Shown: positions 1-16,232, counted from the stretch's first letter. The stretch: DNA of 64,000 bases from the human T2T-CHM13v2.0 reference genome, Homo sapiens (GCF_009914755.1 NC_060927.1), one strand, 5' to 3'. The notes: generated from the letters alone by a model not told the origin. Numbers and translations are program-made.

Positions 1-189
1 GAATTCCTGATACTAGGATGAACTCAGCTGGTCAGTTTTTCTGCATATTTCACAGAAACAGTGCTCACATATTCATGTAGAAGCACCCATCATGTGCCAA
101 GCTCTGTGCTGGATGCTGTAGAGAGATGTGGACTATTTGTTGAGTGTGAATCTCTACTTATGTAGTTTTTTGTTTCATGTCTGTCTCAA

Positions 190-305
190 TAGCCAGGTCA
201 TTGAGCCCCGATGAAGGCAAGAGCTGTGTCTGTCTGTTTCATTGCCGTACTCCTGACATGCAGCACATAGAGGCTCAGGAGATACTTGTGGAATAAATAA
301 ATAGA
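190..305 (+). mobile_element. L2 3' end fragment
   Basis: gaaggcaagagctgtgtc...gcacatagaggctcagg...gaataaataaat. Confidence 0.6.
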
Positions 306-1079
306 GGGGGCAAAATGGCTGGTCTCAGGAAACTCCAGGATTAAGAGGCAGCTAAAACCAGTGGTCTGAAAGCAGACAGATATATGAACATTGTATTTTT
401 AAATATGCTAAAGAAAGATCAAATCCCAACTACCTTCTCTGGCCTTAGGAGACATGAGCAGGTCAGGAGATTCTATGTTATGTGTGTACACAAAACCTAG
501 AAAATTCCTTAGACATAGTCACACTTTCAAAATAAGGGGAAGATCAGTCTAGTACTATGCACTGTAATTTAAATGTTCTTACTCTTCTAACACAAAACAG
601 TGATAACAGGGCAGCCATGTGTCCTCCGTGACTGCACTTTTCTTCTTCTGTTAAATCACTCATTGGTATGTTTGAACTTGTAGACGTTATCAGCAGTGTC
701 AGATTTTCCCCTGACTATACTAGATGGCCAGGGAACGCTGGTTTCTAAGTGGTCAGATGAACAGTCTCTGAAAAAAAGGAAAATAATAAAGTGGACTGAT
801 TCAGGTAAACTGACTCATATTCAACAGAAGGGCAAACAAGGGTGCTGTGGGAGGGGAAGGGGTGGAGACAGCTCACCCAATTCAGACTCATCTAACAGTA
901 GGCTTCTAGAAAAATGCCCCAGTCTTCCTCTTACAATCCAGAGGAATGACAGTAATAGTTTCCCTGTCTGGCTGAGTAGATGAGGAAAGCATAACCATTA
1001 AAGAGCCATGACACACCAACTTGGGGAGCTGTGGCGGCTCCAGGATCTCCTCCAACCACTCCATGTGTGTTACGTATGC

Positions 1080-1275
1080 TGTGGTGTGGTGGAAGGAGTT
1101 CGATACACCTAGGTTCAAATCCCAGCTCTGACACTCTGTGTCACATTGCATAGGTTACTGCACCTTCGTTTTTCTGTAAAGCAAAGATAATAATACCTAT
1201 CTCACTAAGTCATTGGTAAGATTACATAAAATATTTGCTTGATAACCATTAGACATTCAGTAAAGGTTAATTCCC
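1080..1275 (+). mobile_element. MIR
   Basis: ctaggttcaaatcccagctctg...ctgtaaa...ataataatacctatctca core. Confidence 0.75.
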
Positions 1276-1739
1276 ACTCTTACTAGAGGGGAAGCAAAGG
1301 TTTAGATACTATGAATAAGACTGCACAATTATTTGGCAGACTGTGAGGGTCTTTGAAAATGCTTGAGCTAGTTCTGCCCTGTGGTTTTATTGTTTATTAA
1401 CTGTCAGCAGGTTCTTCTCTGTACTAGACCTAAAGTGATGTAGCTTCAACTCACCTGTCTATAAAAAGAACTTTACTCTCTTTTCCATCTGCTAGCCCTT
1501 AGAATCTAAGGTTTGGATATTTGCTGTTAGCATTGGCTCATGGGTTATTTTATTATTTAATTAGTTATAGTCTATTACCGTCACGTATTAATTTTAATGC
1601 TCAAATTGTACCACGTTTTACCAGTGGCAGCCCTTAAGCCTTTAAGTGTTGAAAGATGCTTGTCACATCTTTTCTCCAAATCATCTCTGATTAGAAGTCC
1701 TCAGTTTCTGTGTCTGTTCCTTATATTTATATATTTTTC

Positions 1740-2330
1740 ACATCCAGGTTGCCTTCATCTGGATTTACTCTAGTGTGTAATTTCTACATAAAATGGGTCC
1801 TATAAATACATCTAAATACAAATACATCTAAATATAAATACATCTAAAAGGTACATAATACTGCAGAAGTATTCTAACTAATGTAAACATGGCTCCTTGT
1901 TCCAGGACTAGCTGCTGTGTGCGGATCCTCCTTAAGGTATGCCATGTTTAGCATATGTGTCCAGTGCTGGCTCAGAAAATCTCCATGCCCTTTTTTATGG
2001 ACTGCCCTTATTCAGGCAGGTGACTTAGTAACCTGAGTGTAGGACTACTTTATGTCTATTAGATTTTCTCTTATTTAGTTCCATCTCAGTGTTCTAGCAT
2101 GTATTGAATACAAATTATCTTGTCCAGTGTGTTAGCCATATCGCTCTGCAATATTGGATAAATGCATCTTCTGCAGCTTCATCCAAATTCTTGCTAAAAA
2201 GACAAGATTGGGAGCAGAAGACCAATGCCCAACACCCCTCCTCATTTCTCACATAGGGTCTGTAACTTGGAAACCTCCTTGTCTGACTCTTCTTTAACAT
2301 CTCCAGGGAAAGAAATGCAACCACTTTTCT
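1740..2330 (-). mobile_element. Degraded L3/CR1-like LINE
   Basis: cttcatccaaattcttgctaaaaa and aacatctccagggaaagaaatgcaaccac resemble antisense CR1/L3. Confidence 0.4.
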
Positions 2331-4344
2331 CTATAGCAGAGAAGCTGAGCTGTTTTCTTAAGCTGTAAATCCTCTCTTGATGAGAAAACAGTCTAATATT
2401 CTTAATCCTACATTAAACACTGACAACACAATATGGGTGCCTCAGTAAATGGCATTAGTAGCTTTTCCAGGGTTGCTTTTGTTCAATACTTAAATGGATC
2501 TGTATAGCTTCTACCTTACACCTGTCTAATGCAAAAGTGGTAGTTCCCCAAGGGGCAAACAGGTGTGCTCACTTTGTTCCATGGTGGTCTGAGCCCACCT
2601 TCCCTATTCTGTCCAGGAGTAAGTTCATGGTTTTCTGAAAAGGTCATTCCACTGTAAATAGTCTTTTGACTATATGTGCATTACTAAATGGCGGGGCTTT
2701 GCAGTCACACTTTAGAAGAAATCTACAATTATAGAATTCTAGCCAAGCAGGGCTGAGTAATGAGGTGACAGCCAAATATCTTCTTGTTTAACCTGATGGA
2801 TATCTGCTGAATCCTTTCCAGCTAATGGTACAAAAGTAGCCATCTGCACTGTAATAGTTCCAGTGCATGTATTTGCCATTTAGCCCAGGCATGCTGGAAA
2901 CATAAAATAAATGCTTATTGAATGGAACATTACAAACCTATCCTAGTTGGGATACTCTCCATCTGAAAATCACTATAAATTTCCAGACATGTCCGGGTTG
3001 GCTGGAGAGAGGGAGATTGAAGTGAAATTGACTTGCTGGTACTCTTCTCTGAAAAAATTATAAGGGAAGGAACACTGCTGAAACATTTCAGGCTGGTGTG
3101 TGGTTTGAAGAGGAACTTCAGTAACAAGCTAATGTGAGCTGAGGTGAAATGTGGGCTGATAATGGTGATATGCCAAAGAAGAACAGGGAAATACCTGGAG
3201 AACCCCTGAGATTTTCGGATATAACTCAATGGTTTTTAAACCCTGAATTATCACATCAATGTAGTGGGTCATGACCAAGATTTTGTTTTACCAATTGGGA
3301 AGGAAGGCTTGGGTAGGAGATGGTAAGGGTCCAACTAAGGGGAAATTCAAAGGATTCCTGCAGTGTCACTGCTGCTTTATAATAAGCCGTAGCATGACGC
3401 CAGTTAACAAGAGGCAGGGCAGCCTGGCTGCAGGAGCCTTCTGAGAACAGACCTCCTGTAGAGCCTTACCTGGTTCATCAGAACTGACAATTTCATCACC
3501 TGCACACTGGGAGGCCACTAGATGCAAGGGCAGTAGCCAGAGAGAGGAACCACTCCCTGCACCAGGGGACGCCTAGCCCCTGTGTTGGCATATTCCCACC
3601 CACTTCGTTCATGAACTGTGCAGAGGCCCTACCTACTCTACAGCAGAAGCTGTTCTCCATGCTAGGAGTACAGCAGTAAATGAGAAGAGGTCCTGCCATC
3701 TTCCAGCTTACATTCTGGTACATAGAAAACCAGAAGGAGAAAGGATGGCCATTTCTAGTCTTCTGCAAATTGCGTCAGAGATAAAAGACTGCTTGGTTTT
3801 TCTTCTGAGAAAAAGTGGGCTAATGCTGCAACTGAAAGGACTTGAATTAGATGTAAGACATTATTTTCCCTGTAGGGATTAGTGCTTATGGAGGACAGAT
3901 GACTGAGAGAAAAATTGAAAGTCTTTACTTAAATGGGCTCACAAATAGGAAAAAAGCAAAACAAAACAAAAACAGAATAGGGATGGAGTTAGGACAACTC
4001 AAAGGTCAAAGGAGAGCACCCTAGGTCCCATCCCCTAGAAGGAGTCTCCGACTGAGATTCCCATGCCTGTGATTTGAGGATGTGCTCCTACGGGGGGAAA
4101 GAGGGAAGGGAAGCAGGGTCCAGTGGGGAAGGAGTGAAGGCTGGTCCCTTCCAGAGCTCTGCAGTAGGAATTGCATGGAGTTTGCCCTGCCTTGAGGCAA
4201 GGGGGCCAGCCGTTTGTGTCGGTTGTGAGCTGTGAGCAGCCAACAGGCACAAGAGCTGGGACATGGGTGCCCTGGCAGGAAAGGGGATCTGGGTGGGCTG
4301 CCAGTAGTGTCTCCTGCAGGGAGGAAATGTGATGTAAAAGAAAG

Positions 4345-4540
4345 GGGATGGGTTTTCAAATCAGGTATGGATTCAATCCCCAACTAGGTACCAGCTGCAT
4401 GACCTGAGTGGTCCTTTAATCACTTCATACCTCCATCTCCTCATCTGTGCAATGAAGGCAGTGATTTCTACTTCCTGGGATTTTGAAGGACTAGCTGAGA
4501 TTCTATATGAAAGAGCACAGAAGACCTGGGGTAGGTCACT
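4345..4540 (+). mobile_element. MIR
   Basis: attcaatccc...gctgcatgacctgag...cctcatctgtgcaatga. Confidence 0.7.
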
Positions 4541-6069
4541 GCCCAGGGGACTGTGGGGCACTCATGTGCAAGAAAACAGGCAGCAACATGCCCCCTAGAG
4601 TTTCAAGGGGCCACAGACCACTGTGTTTTGCCACTGAAGAGAAAACCAAACATCTGGAAATGTGGAGACTTGGCAGCATTAGGATTGATAAAAATCTTAG
4701 CACTTCACATGGTAATATTTTTCACTTGACACATTCTTGAAAACCATCACGATGGTCCATCCAAGACCGGGTCTCCAGCATGTGGCTGTGACAGCATGTT
4801 AGGTTTAGCTGTGGTCCCTGGACAGTGGCACCACACACTGGAGATCCAGCCCATTAAGTGTGCTATCTTAAAGGCAGGAAAAATGGGATAGGTCTCTGGG
4901 AAAAATTCCTCAGCACTAGTATTACTCTGCCCTTTGTCTCAGTGGGGCTGGAGGGGCCCATGAAATATTTCTTATTAGGGAGAGATTATGCTGCCTGCCA
5001 TTTAGTAAAAAACACTTCAAACCCTTAAATAAATACCTGAAAAGTATATATAATTGCACTTCCTGTTACCAGGGCCTGGAGTAGATATATCTGAAGTCTA
5101 AACTTGGGCTTTATAATATAGCTGCGTAATCTCGAGTCTCAGTCACATCCCACACCTGACAGCATACAGGATTAGAATTGCTGTATAAATCCGATAGAAA
5201 CACTCTGATTTTTCTCAAGGACTTGATATTCACCCCAAAGTAGGAAAAATACCATCTCCACTCTAAGCCCAAATTGTAATTTCTTTTTTTTTTTTTAGCT
5301 TTCTTAATAATTCAAGTCCAGAGCTAGGTTTGAAAATAACTTTCTTCCCAGTATAGTTCCTTTGTTACTTTTATCTGTGGTAGGCAGGTGGCTGGAGGAG
5401 GAGGAGAAGGAGCAGAGAGCAACAAAATGCAGAGGTTTCTGTGGTACTCGGTATGCCTGCAGCTCCCCACCTCTGGCTGCCCTCTCACCTCCCAGAAGCA
5501 CAACTCCATCCTCTCCTCAGAGACATTCGACACAGTACAAATGTGTGGGCTTTTCAGAACAAGTTGATAAAGTGTGAGGAATCGAAGTCACAGGTTTTCC
5601 TCTAAGTGAAATTTCTTCAAATAAATGACTGGCTTCCAGCTGTTGCATACCACCAAAGGGTATGAAATATACTTTGCTGAAAAATACAACCTAGGTTCAC
5701 AGGGCAAAATATTTCATATCAGCATTATTTTACTTAATATTTTGATTTATATTCCATAGCTTAAAAACCTCCCTCAAGAAACCCATCATTAAAATTGCCA
5801 ATCGTCTGCAAAAGCAAGTAAGTTTCATAAAATATAGCAGACAGTGAGTAGTTTGCTGAACACACGCAGCTTGCAGGAAACCTCGGAAGTGCTCTCGTGG
5901 TACTCAGAGCACTTGGACCCGCATAAAAATTTGTTTCAGGTTTATACAAGTACTTGTTACAGAAATAGGGACACTGGAAAAGGTGATTTGCCAGTAGATG
6001 AGATCTATAGGTGATAGCTGCAAGGGTAACCAGAGACTAGATCTGATTCAATGTGAGTTTGGAATTTGA

Positions 6070-6205
6070 AATCATGGAATCTTAGGAAGGAAAGGAACCT
6101 TAGAGATCATCTAGCCCTCTTCCTTCTGTTTAAAAAAAAAAAGTGACTTGCCTAGAGTCATGAAGCCACTTAACAGCAGACCTAAGATTCAAAACCAGGT
6201 CAATC
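6070..6205 (-). mobile_element. MIR/MIR3
   Basis: ggaaccttagagatcatctagcc...gtgacttgcctagagtca. Confidence 0.6.
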
Positions 6206-7125
6206 TCCTGCCTGGTAAGTTGGATTAAAAGCAGTGCTTTTGTAGTAACCTTGATGGTTCAGCTTGATCCTTGCAACAGAAAGGAAACCCTACTATTACC
6301 CTCCCATCCACCCACTATGCTGAATGTCCTTGCATCACCTCCCACTCTGCCCCAGCAAATCCACAGCAACACAAAGTAAATTACAAAGTGGTTCTGTAGC
6401 CCAGTCCAGGGGCTTCAGGGTTGGCATGTGGCAAGTATTAATGCCTATCACAGACTCATTGATGCCAAGTACTCGTGACTCACATCATAGCCTTGGTGGG
6501 AGTGTGATTCTGCCCTAGACAGAATCTTCCAGCCTCTCAAGCAAATTCTGGTTGGGCTCTGAGAGCTTGGCAGTGAGCACTGGGATGTGGCAAGGCAGAT
6601 CCCTGCTTCAGAGCTGCCTGGGAGGACTGAGCTGCCAGAACCAGTTCAGCCCCACCACAGCCCAACTCAAATTGAAATCCACTTTATTATTAGAATTTTG
6701 GTGGAAGGAGAAAGCAAATCTGAGAGCAAGCCAAGATGTTAAAGTGGATTAGCTGGAGACAGTCCAAGGCAAACAAGGCTCAAGTGAGTACACTTGCAGT
6801 TCTGCCAGGGGAAGGGGTACAAGAAGGGAGATGGCATGGTTGGAGGGAGGGGAGGGGAGAGCAAAGCTTGGAGCCTGCAGGTAGAGAAGTGGTGGCTTTC
6901 AGGGCAAGGATTTTACTGGAGTGTTCTGTACAGACCTTTTGATGTATCACTTACCCTTTCTTCCTTCTGTATCAATTAAGGAGAAAAAGTTATTTTCATA
7001 TAGAACAAAATGACTGAATCCACATTGTCAAAACTAATGGTAGGGGAAACAGGGAATGGGAAATTTTGTTCTTCAAAAGTTGAGTTCCAGGATGACTAGA
7101 AGTGATATTGGAAGTGTGGTACCTA

Positions 7126-7482
<357 letters not shown>

Positions 7483-8741
7483 AAGAAATCTTTAAGCGAA
7501 AATTTGCTAGACAAGAACCTCTGGAGCCAAAGCAATGTAGAGTAGGTGGGGCAGGCTGGAGGTGGCTTTGAAGCTGTGGCTCTGCTTTCGCTGGAGCTCC
7601 CTTTACCGTATGTGCTGTGGTATAAAACATAACAATGTCATCTGTGGCCATAACATAGAATTCTTGGAAAGATCTTGTTGACCAGACAAGTGGGAAAATG
7701 TAACTCTTTTTTGTGATCTTGAGCTTGGGTTGAAAATTCTTGCCTGGGTTTCACCTACCTGGCAGTTTAGTGTCACTTCATCACTTCTGGTGACTACTGC
7801 CAAACTGTCTGCCACAACCAAAGTGGCAGTTGGATGATGGGAGTGGGTGAATACATGGGTGTGTGAGGTGAGACCTTCCACATTGCTAAAAAGGCGGCTT
7901 TGTCAAGAGAAACAAGTTCGAAGATCCTCTATGGTGAAACAGTGAGGACGTAATGTCCTCAGGGCTTCTTCCAGGAGTAGTCAGTAGTAGTAGATGCCAG
8001 TTAAGGGCACCTTGCCTCAGGCTTGAGAGCTCTTCTTTTGGGGAGAAAACTGCTAAAAGAAGATGCAGAACTGTATGGATCAGACCAGGACAGATGTCCA
8101 CTCCTATTTTCAACCAGACACTTGCCCCACTACTAATCAGCCTTCTCATCCTTCTCCCGCCATGTCCCATGCAGATATGGCCCTGGTTGTATTGAGCACG
8201 CATGTTCTCATATCAGGCTGGCAGTTTGTTTTCAGTCTCTCCCATTTGTAGGAACTTAAAGTTGAGTCTTACATGTTCAGAATGTTCAGATAGTCTTATT
8301 TTTTTTTCTTTAAGAATTCTAGTTCTTTTTGAAATTGCTAATTGCAGAGAGAGGTATACATTAACTAGAATTTCAGGAGAGATGCTTTCTGCATGACCGC
8401 TGCTGATCCTGGCTAAAGAATGCTTTGTGAATGCTCCTATATACATTGCTTTCTGCCCTGTGGCAACTCAACTGCAAGGACTTAAATACCTCTTTGAATG
8501 TTATGAGGTGCTGGAGGAAAACCCAGGCTCTATTTTTTTTACTACATCTGTACCCTCTCTCCTGCTAGCTAGTGTCCTTTCTGCAAGAATAGAATTTTTA
8601 AAGTTTCACTTACTGTTTGCTGTTCCTCATTTACACATGGAAAACAGATTGGCTTAATGAGCAATAGAAGATATTAAAAATTCATTATATTTTCCTTTAC
8701 TTGGGATTTTCATGTAGGCTGTCTTTTTATCTCATTTACTA

Positions 8742-8840
8742 ATTAATTCATCAGTCATTTTCTGAGCTTCTACCATGTGCCAGGCACTATTGTAGACACA
8801 GAGGATATGGCAATGAAGAAAGCACACACAGCACCCTCGT
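8742..8840 (-). mobile_element. L2 3' end
   Basis: ttctgagcttctaccatgtgccaggcactattgtag. Confidence 0.65.
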
Positions 8841-9964
8841 TTCCTGCTTAGACCTTTCTCTGCTGTGCTGATAGCCTGAATATGCCCAATTTTGAGACAT
8901 TTCAGATTATTGTTTGAAAAAAAGAAAAATTCTTCTTGAAAAAGGATTTGAAGGTATATGGAGTGGGTGTAGTTTGTTAAAGAGAGGTACTTCAAATCAT
9001 GGAACCTGAAATCTGTAACTTATTTCACCTCCCCACCCCACTTCATCCTGCCACCCCCAAAATGAGAACGGTCACGGTTCTTAGGCCTTTTTCCACACAG
9101 TCTCTTAAAGGGGAATGCTTACTGCATTAATTTAAAAAATTCTTTAAAAATCTTAAAAGAGAAAGACTTCTAAAATATGTTCTCTGACATTTAAATTTAA
9201 GACAATACTGCCAACAGGGGAATATGAAGTCCCAACCATGAAATTTGCTGTTATTTGGAGGGCAAACTACTAGGAACTACCACTGATACATGCCCAAACA
9301 GAAAGTTCTGTTAACACGGAAGAATGAAATTTAGGCAGAACAGAAAATTATTTCAAGTATATTGGTACACTGAATTCATTCTTTTATTGAACAAAATTTA
9401 ATTGTGTCCATTGATGACCAGATACCACGGAGATTCAGAATATATCAAAACAACTTCTATTTCTGCCCAGTCTTCTGAGTTCACACCCCAATTGATAATA
9501 TGTGACAGTATGTGATGATAGGGTGGCTATATACACATTATATGTATTTATGAAGGGGGACAGTTGTACTTGCACTTCCTTTAAGCCAGTTGTTGTGCTA
9601 GGCCTCAGAGAAGTTACAAAGACAAATGTGCCAGATGAGATACACATTTACCACCCAATATGTTACATTTAAACCAGAAGCATACTTTTTGAAAGATAAA
9701 TTTTGCCTGGGAACCAAAGAAGACTTTTACATCAGAAGTGAAATTTTAGCTTGGCCTTGAAGTTCATCTTCCTTTCTGTTTTTCCTTCTTTGTATCAATT
9801 TTGGTCCCAAAATATTTATTCTATATTATTTTTTAATTGAAATGTACAGTATTTATATTACCTAACTGAAAGTTATGGGTCAATCTGATTAAATGTTACT
9901 TACCATCTTATTTCTATAGATAAAATGTATTCTTAAGTATAAACATCTGATTTATATCAAACTT

Positions 9965-10970
9965 TCTAAATTTTTCAAAATGCAAAATATATATGCGAAA
10001 ATGTACAAACAGAACTGAACAATTTAATGGATAATTATGAAGTGAACATAGATGTAAAAACCATGCAGGTCATGAAATAGAACATTGCTGGCTTTTCAGA
10101 ATCCCCGTTTGTGCCCCTCCCTGGTCACAACCCTGGAGGTCACCATTCTCCTTGCATGCATAATAGTGTCTTTACTTTTTTTATAATTTTACCTTCTATG
10201 CAGGTATCCCTAAACAATTTCATCTCAATGTGGCTGTTTTTATATGACTAGAATCATTCTACATATATCCTTTTGTGTCTCACTTCTGTTGCTCAACACT
10301 TATTTTTATGGGATTCATCGATGCTGATGTGTATAGTTCATTCATTTTCATCATTATATAGTATTCCATTGTGTGAGTATACCACAATGTATCCATTCTG
10401 TACATGCAATGTTTGGGGCAATTGTGAACAATGCTGCTATGGATATTCTGGTATACATACCCCTGTGCATGTGTACTTGAATTTCTCTAGGGTATAAAAC
10501 TAAAAGTAAAATTGTTAGGTGATAGGATGTGTGTGTATATTTTCACCTTTACTTGAAGATGTCAACTATTTTTCAAAGTGCCGATACCAAATTTACACTC
10601 CTGCCAATATATATGAAGTTTTCCATTGCTCTATATCCTCACCACTACTTTGTATTGTTAGACTTCAAAATTTTTACAGATCTGGTGGATGTGTATTGAT
10701 ATCTACTTATGGCTTTAATTCGTGTTTCCCTGCTTACTAATCAAGTTGAACATCTTTTCCTGTTTGTATTGGGCCTTTGATTTTCTCTTTTATAATGTCC
10801 CTGGTTCAAGCTTTTACCTGTGTGTACAGTGGGTTGTTTGGCTTTTCTTATTTATTTTTAGAAGTTCATATATTCTGGATATTAGTCCTTTGTTGGTCAT
10901 GTATGTAATATGTTTCACCCTGTGGCAAATCTTTTCGTTCTCCTTATTGTGTCTTGATAAACACATACAC
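9965..10970 (-). mobile_element. Old L1 (L1ME/MB-like) 3' region
   Basis: gtattccattgtgtgagtataccaca...ttgtgaacaatgctgctatg...ctggatattagtcctttgttgg; antisense ORF2 end and 3'UTR motifs. Confidence 0.85.
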
Positions 10971-11043
10971 TTTGATATTCTGAAGGCTATACATTGGTAA
11001 GTTAGAGGCTCATGTGATGTGACATATGAGGCATCTCTTACAT

Positions 11044-11340
<297 letters not shown>

Positions 11341-12039
11341 ACATTTAGTATTTTAGGGTACAGTTCACCATTTGTTTCTCCACAGAATAGTGTACCAACA
11401 TGGAAACTCAATATATAATGCAAGTTTATGTTAATCCTTAAGTATGCCTCTATTTTAATGAAGGAATAAGAAGTTGACTTTTTTAAATTAATGTTTGTTA
11501 CATTTCACTCTATACATTATATGCAGGTAATAGAGATGCAGCAATGAAATATGCTAGAAAAAAGGTACTAAATTTGTTGGTTTTGGATCTTAGATGTCTG
11601 ACAAACAGCCAAAATCTAGGAAGAAACTAGCAAAACTAAACATCTGTTGCTCACAGGAAAGCCTTTCAAATCTTAATTTTATATATAATCCTTATGATCT
11701 TTGCCATCTAGTTACTCAACCCAAAGGATATTAGAAGATGAGAAAGTTACTTCTCTATAGGCACATGTATTGCCACAAAGGCTAAACTGTTGACAGCAAG
11801 GGAGGATACAGAAAAGCTATGAAAGCAAAAGCTGATGGAGGAACTAACTCCAATAGTGTGGTTCTATTTAGTGAAGCTATCAGGAGTGCTATATGGCTGG
11901 GTGTGTTCTGAGGTCATCGCTTGTATTTCGCACTACACCAGAACAAACAAGCACAATGTGATGTGTTTGGCATTGTGGGCAAGAGAGAGATCTAGAAACT
12001 GGGACCAAATGTAATTAAGAAAACCAAAGCTTCCAGTTT

Positions 12040-12390
12040 GGGAAGATCAGAGAATGTTCCACGTTAGATTTTACTGAATGGGTAGAATTTATCCAGGCAA
12101 GATTCGTGTTGGGAGCAAGGAGGAAGATCATTCCAAATGGATCAAACAGCAAGAGTGAGGGGTAAGGGAGAAAGGAGAATATAGGGTAAGTTTGGGGCAT
12201 GGAGAGTCAGTATGCCTGGTTCAAGTTCAGGGTTTGTGAATTAAGGTTTGGGAAATAAAACTGGAATGATTGGCTGAGTCACATCATGGCAGATGCTGAA
12301 CACCATTCAAAGGAATTTAGACTTTATTGAGTAGCACACAAAAAATGCTGAGGGTTTTTTTTTTGTTTCAGCATGATGATTATAGAATTA
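12040..12390 (-). mobile_element. L2 fragment
   Basis: cattccaaatgg...aacagcaagagtg...aaggaatttagacttta. Confidence 0.55.
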
Positions 12391-14202
12391 CGTTTATCCT
12401 CACCTTGATGCGTCATTGTCCTTTTATTCTTTCATTCTCTAGCCTCCAAAACAGTCTATTGTTAGTCCATCCACAAGTTCTGGATCTTCTTCTTTGTAGC
12501 TGCCGTCAGTGTATCAACTCAGCACCTCTTCTCTTTCTCATATTGTCAAACACCTCCTTTTCCTCTGCCATCTAATGCTTATTTGTTACCTCATGCTCCC
12601 AATGAGAACTGCTCTTGAACTTCTACTCCTGAATCTTCTTTCTTTAAAACTCCCCATTCTTCAACAATAGTTTTTGTTGCTTCACTTCTGATATCTATGA
12701 TCAAAATTCGAAACACAAGAGTATGTCTCTGAAGTGACTGTACTGCTAATGCCAATTTCATATTCACTTACCCATTCATTCTCCACATTTTTTTTCTGAG
12801 TACCTACTAGGTGCTAAGTGCTGCTCTAGGGTGGAAACACGGCAGGGAAACAAAACAGGCTGGTTTTCATATCTGGAAATGCCCACTGCTCTCCACATTA
12901 ATCCATGCCCTTCCCCTCATCCCCACAGAGCCACCTACACTAATATTGCCCCTCTCCTCTCCCCTTCCCCTAGTCAAACATTATTCTTTAACATTCAGGG
13001 CATACGTTGCCCTGAATTTACTTTGTATTTGCCATGTTGCTTAGCATAAAGCTGTACTCTTAACAATGAGTTGAACACTCTCTGTTCCTAGCGCTTGCCT
13101 TTCACCCTGGGATCCAGCACCGTATTTCCAACTGTCTATGACATAACTGCATTTGGATGACCTCTTGCATTCTACTCGACAGAACTGAAACTAAACTCAT
13201 CATATACCACATCCTTGATCTACTCTTTTCTCAGATTCCATCCACAGCTTTGTCTGTAGACATCGTGGCCCTCCTTCACTCTCTATCCTCTTGCTCAAGT
13301 GACTTCCACTGGAGGACTCTCATGATAGCATATTCCTCAGCCTGCTGCATATTCTGTATAATAGGCAAGGTCTGTCCCTGGGAGCTTCTAGAAGAAGAGC
13401 ATGGCTCCCAAACCACATAGCACTTTCTAGGACCTAGAGCCTCCAGTGAGCAGGCCCCTTCCCTCTGCCCCTGCTCCTCCCCTGGGTCCCAGGCAGTCTG
13501 CAAACCTCTCCTCCAATGTGTGTTTTCCAGTACGTGTGTGATCAGCTTCAGTAACAGATAATGATCTCAAAATTGCCTTCATCTACCAAACTATACTGCA
13601 TCACTGTGTCTCCAAAATTATTTATCTGTCCTGAGAGGTACATTTCTGACCTCAGGAAAGTATTCCTGGAACACATCTTCATCATTAGAGTGATTACTGG
13701 AATCCCATCCCTCAGCATTTTGTGAGACTGTATCTCCTTCTGGTTTGCTATTGTTTCTCATGGGTTAGTTTTTAATCTCAACCACTGAATCACAAGATCC
13801 ATGAACACAGGCTTATGATTGCTACTGTGTGTTACCTGCAGCACACTGAGGTAGAAGTAGCTTTTCACAGAAAGAGCACAAACAGTAATTTGAATGATAT
13901 GTTTTATGTATATATCTCTGGTTTGTGTATATTTATGAATTTGTGTGTGTGTTCCTCAGTGTGTTTCCCATATACTCTGTAAGAAGTATTCATCTATGTG
14001 GTTTGAGGGGCAAGAACTTGGATATTTTCCCTGGCCATTAGGCCAGTGACATAAACTAGTAAGTCGGGTCCTCCACAAGCTCATGACTGTCGCTGGCGCA
14101 ATACAGGGCTTACCTGAGCTGTAGCCTGGAGTTATTTTTGCCCCCACTTCCTATTCTCTCTCAATATGAAAGACTAATTTTGCTTTTAAACATGAAGGGG
14201 GT

Positions 14203-14747
<545 letters not shown>

Positions 14748-16104
14748 TTAAAGACCAGAAAGGAACAAGATTATCAGATAGTTGCTGGGGTCCACCCTCT
14801 GCATGAACTAAGGGTGAGGGACGAGCAGGTGCCTAGCAGAGAACAGGGTGATCCGCTCTCAGGACCTTGGGATTCAAGAAGGCAGTCAGACAGTGAATTC
14901 AGGCTGACTTGCAGGACTGGCAGAGGTTGTGAGCTGAAGAACTGGCAACTTTGTTTGGTTGTGAAGGTCAGGAGCCTTGGACTGTGAAAAGAAAGAGAAA
15001 GAAAATTCAGGGGGTAGGGGGCTGGGAGCAGGAAGGGGATAAGAAGTTCTTGAAGGTTTACCCCAAAACCCCGCAGTCTAGAGACCTGTGGAAAAGGTGA
15101 GGAAAAGCTTGAAATATAGCTTCAAATTCATGAGACATTTTCATGAAGAGATATGCAGTGGGAGAGAGAAGCAGACGTGTTTCCAGTTTGGTGTTTACTT
15201 TCTGTGATTCCAGAGGGAGGGGTTCCCAGAGTGACTCAGCATGGGGACACGGGGACCCAGGTCAGGAGGACACAGAGAGCGCCCACTAGGGAAAGCGTTT
15301 GCCACTGTGTGAGCAGCAAGCTTTTAAACAGGAGGTGGGTCAAGACAGCTCCCCCGAACCCATTACCCTCTCTTCCCTCCTCTCCCACAGTCTAAGGACA
15401 GAGGGAAGGTTTTCTGGTAAAGAAACTATTTCTAACCTTTCTAAATTGGAAACAAACAAAAAATGACATGAAACAAGTATTTTCCAGGATGTCTCTCCCA
15501 CACTGCCTAGGTTCAGAGTTCTCTCAGAGGGTTCCCTGAGCAGAGGGAAAAATGGCAAGAGGAAAAACATAGATTGAATGTTGCTGGCTGTGGCTGATGT
15601 CTTTGCACTGGGGTGGGTGTGGCCAGCCTGTCACTCAGGAGGCAGCATAACAGGTGGGCATACCTCCGCACCACCTACGAGGCCTTCCTGCTCATCGCTG
15701 ACCGCTCAGCCAGCCTGTCTTTATCAGTAACCTCCTTATAGAATTTGGGAAGAAGAGCCCTGGGGTCAACATGAGCAGCAAACACAAACATCTAGATTCA
15801 AAAGGAGACCCTTCAGGCAGAGTAGGATGCATGATAAAACAAATAAGAAGGTCGCAAAAATCAGTCCTTGAAAAGAGCTGACCTGAAAGTGTGTTTCATG
15901 GTATTAATTTATGTCTTCTCTCTATGCAGTATTTAATATTTTTGTTACTGTATATCTCAGTTTTTAATTCTGATGGCTGCATCAAGTGATATTTCCAGTC
16001 TGGGCTCTGGTTTGAAACCTGAGGTGGAGAAAGCCTTTTTAAAACCAGTTAATATAGTATACACAGAGTTTCTCTGTAGGTAATGAAGGAACACAGAATA
16101 CATA

Positions 16105-16232
16105 AAGTCCCTGCCAAGGACAGAATCCCCCACCCCATCTAATGGAAGAGATACAGGCTTTTCCCTAAAAGTCCCTGCCAAGGACAGAATTCCCCACCCG
16201 ATCTAATGGAAGAGATACAGGCCTTTCCCTAA
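16105..16232. repeat. Two-copy 64-bp tandem duplication
   Basis: Units 16105-16168 and 16169-16232 differ at 3 positions. Confidence 0.95.

Noticed and set aside
3513-3530. Partial CTCF-like motif ggccactagatgcaag (similar partial matches at ~717 and ~40788)
   Set aside because: Mismatches at key core positions.
5887-5914. Hairpin AAGTGCTCT/AGAGCACTT containing a miR-302-like seed
   Set aside because: A 9-bp stem is expected by chance in 64 kb and is far too short for a pre-miRNA.
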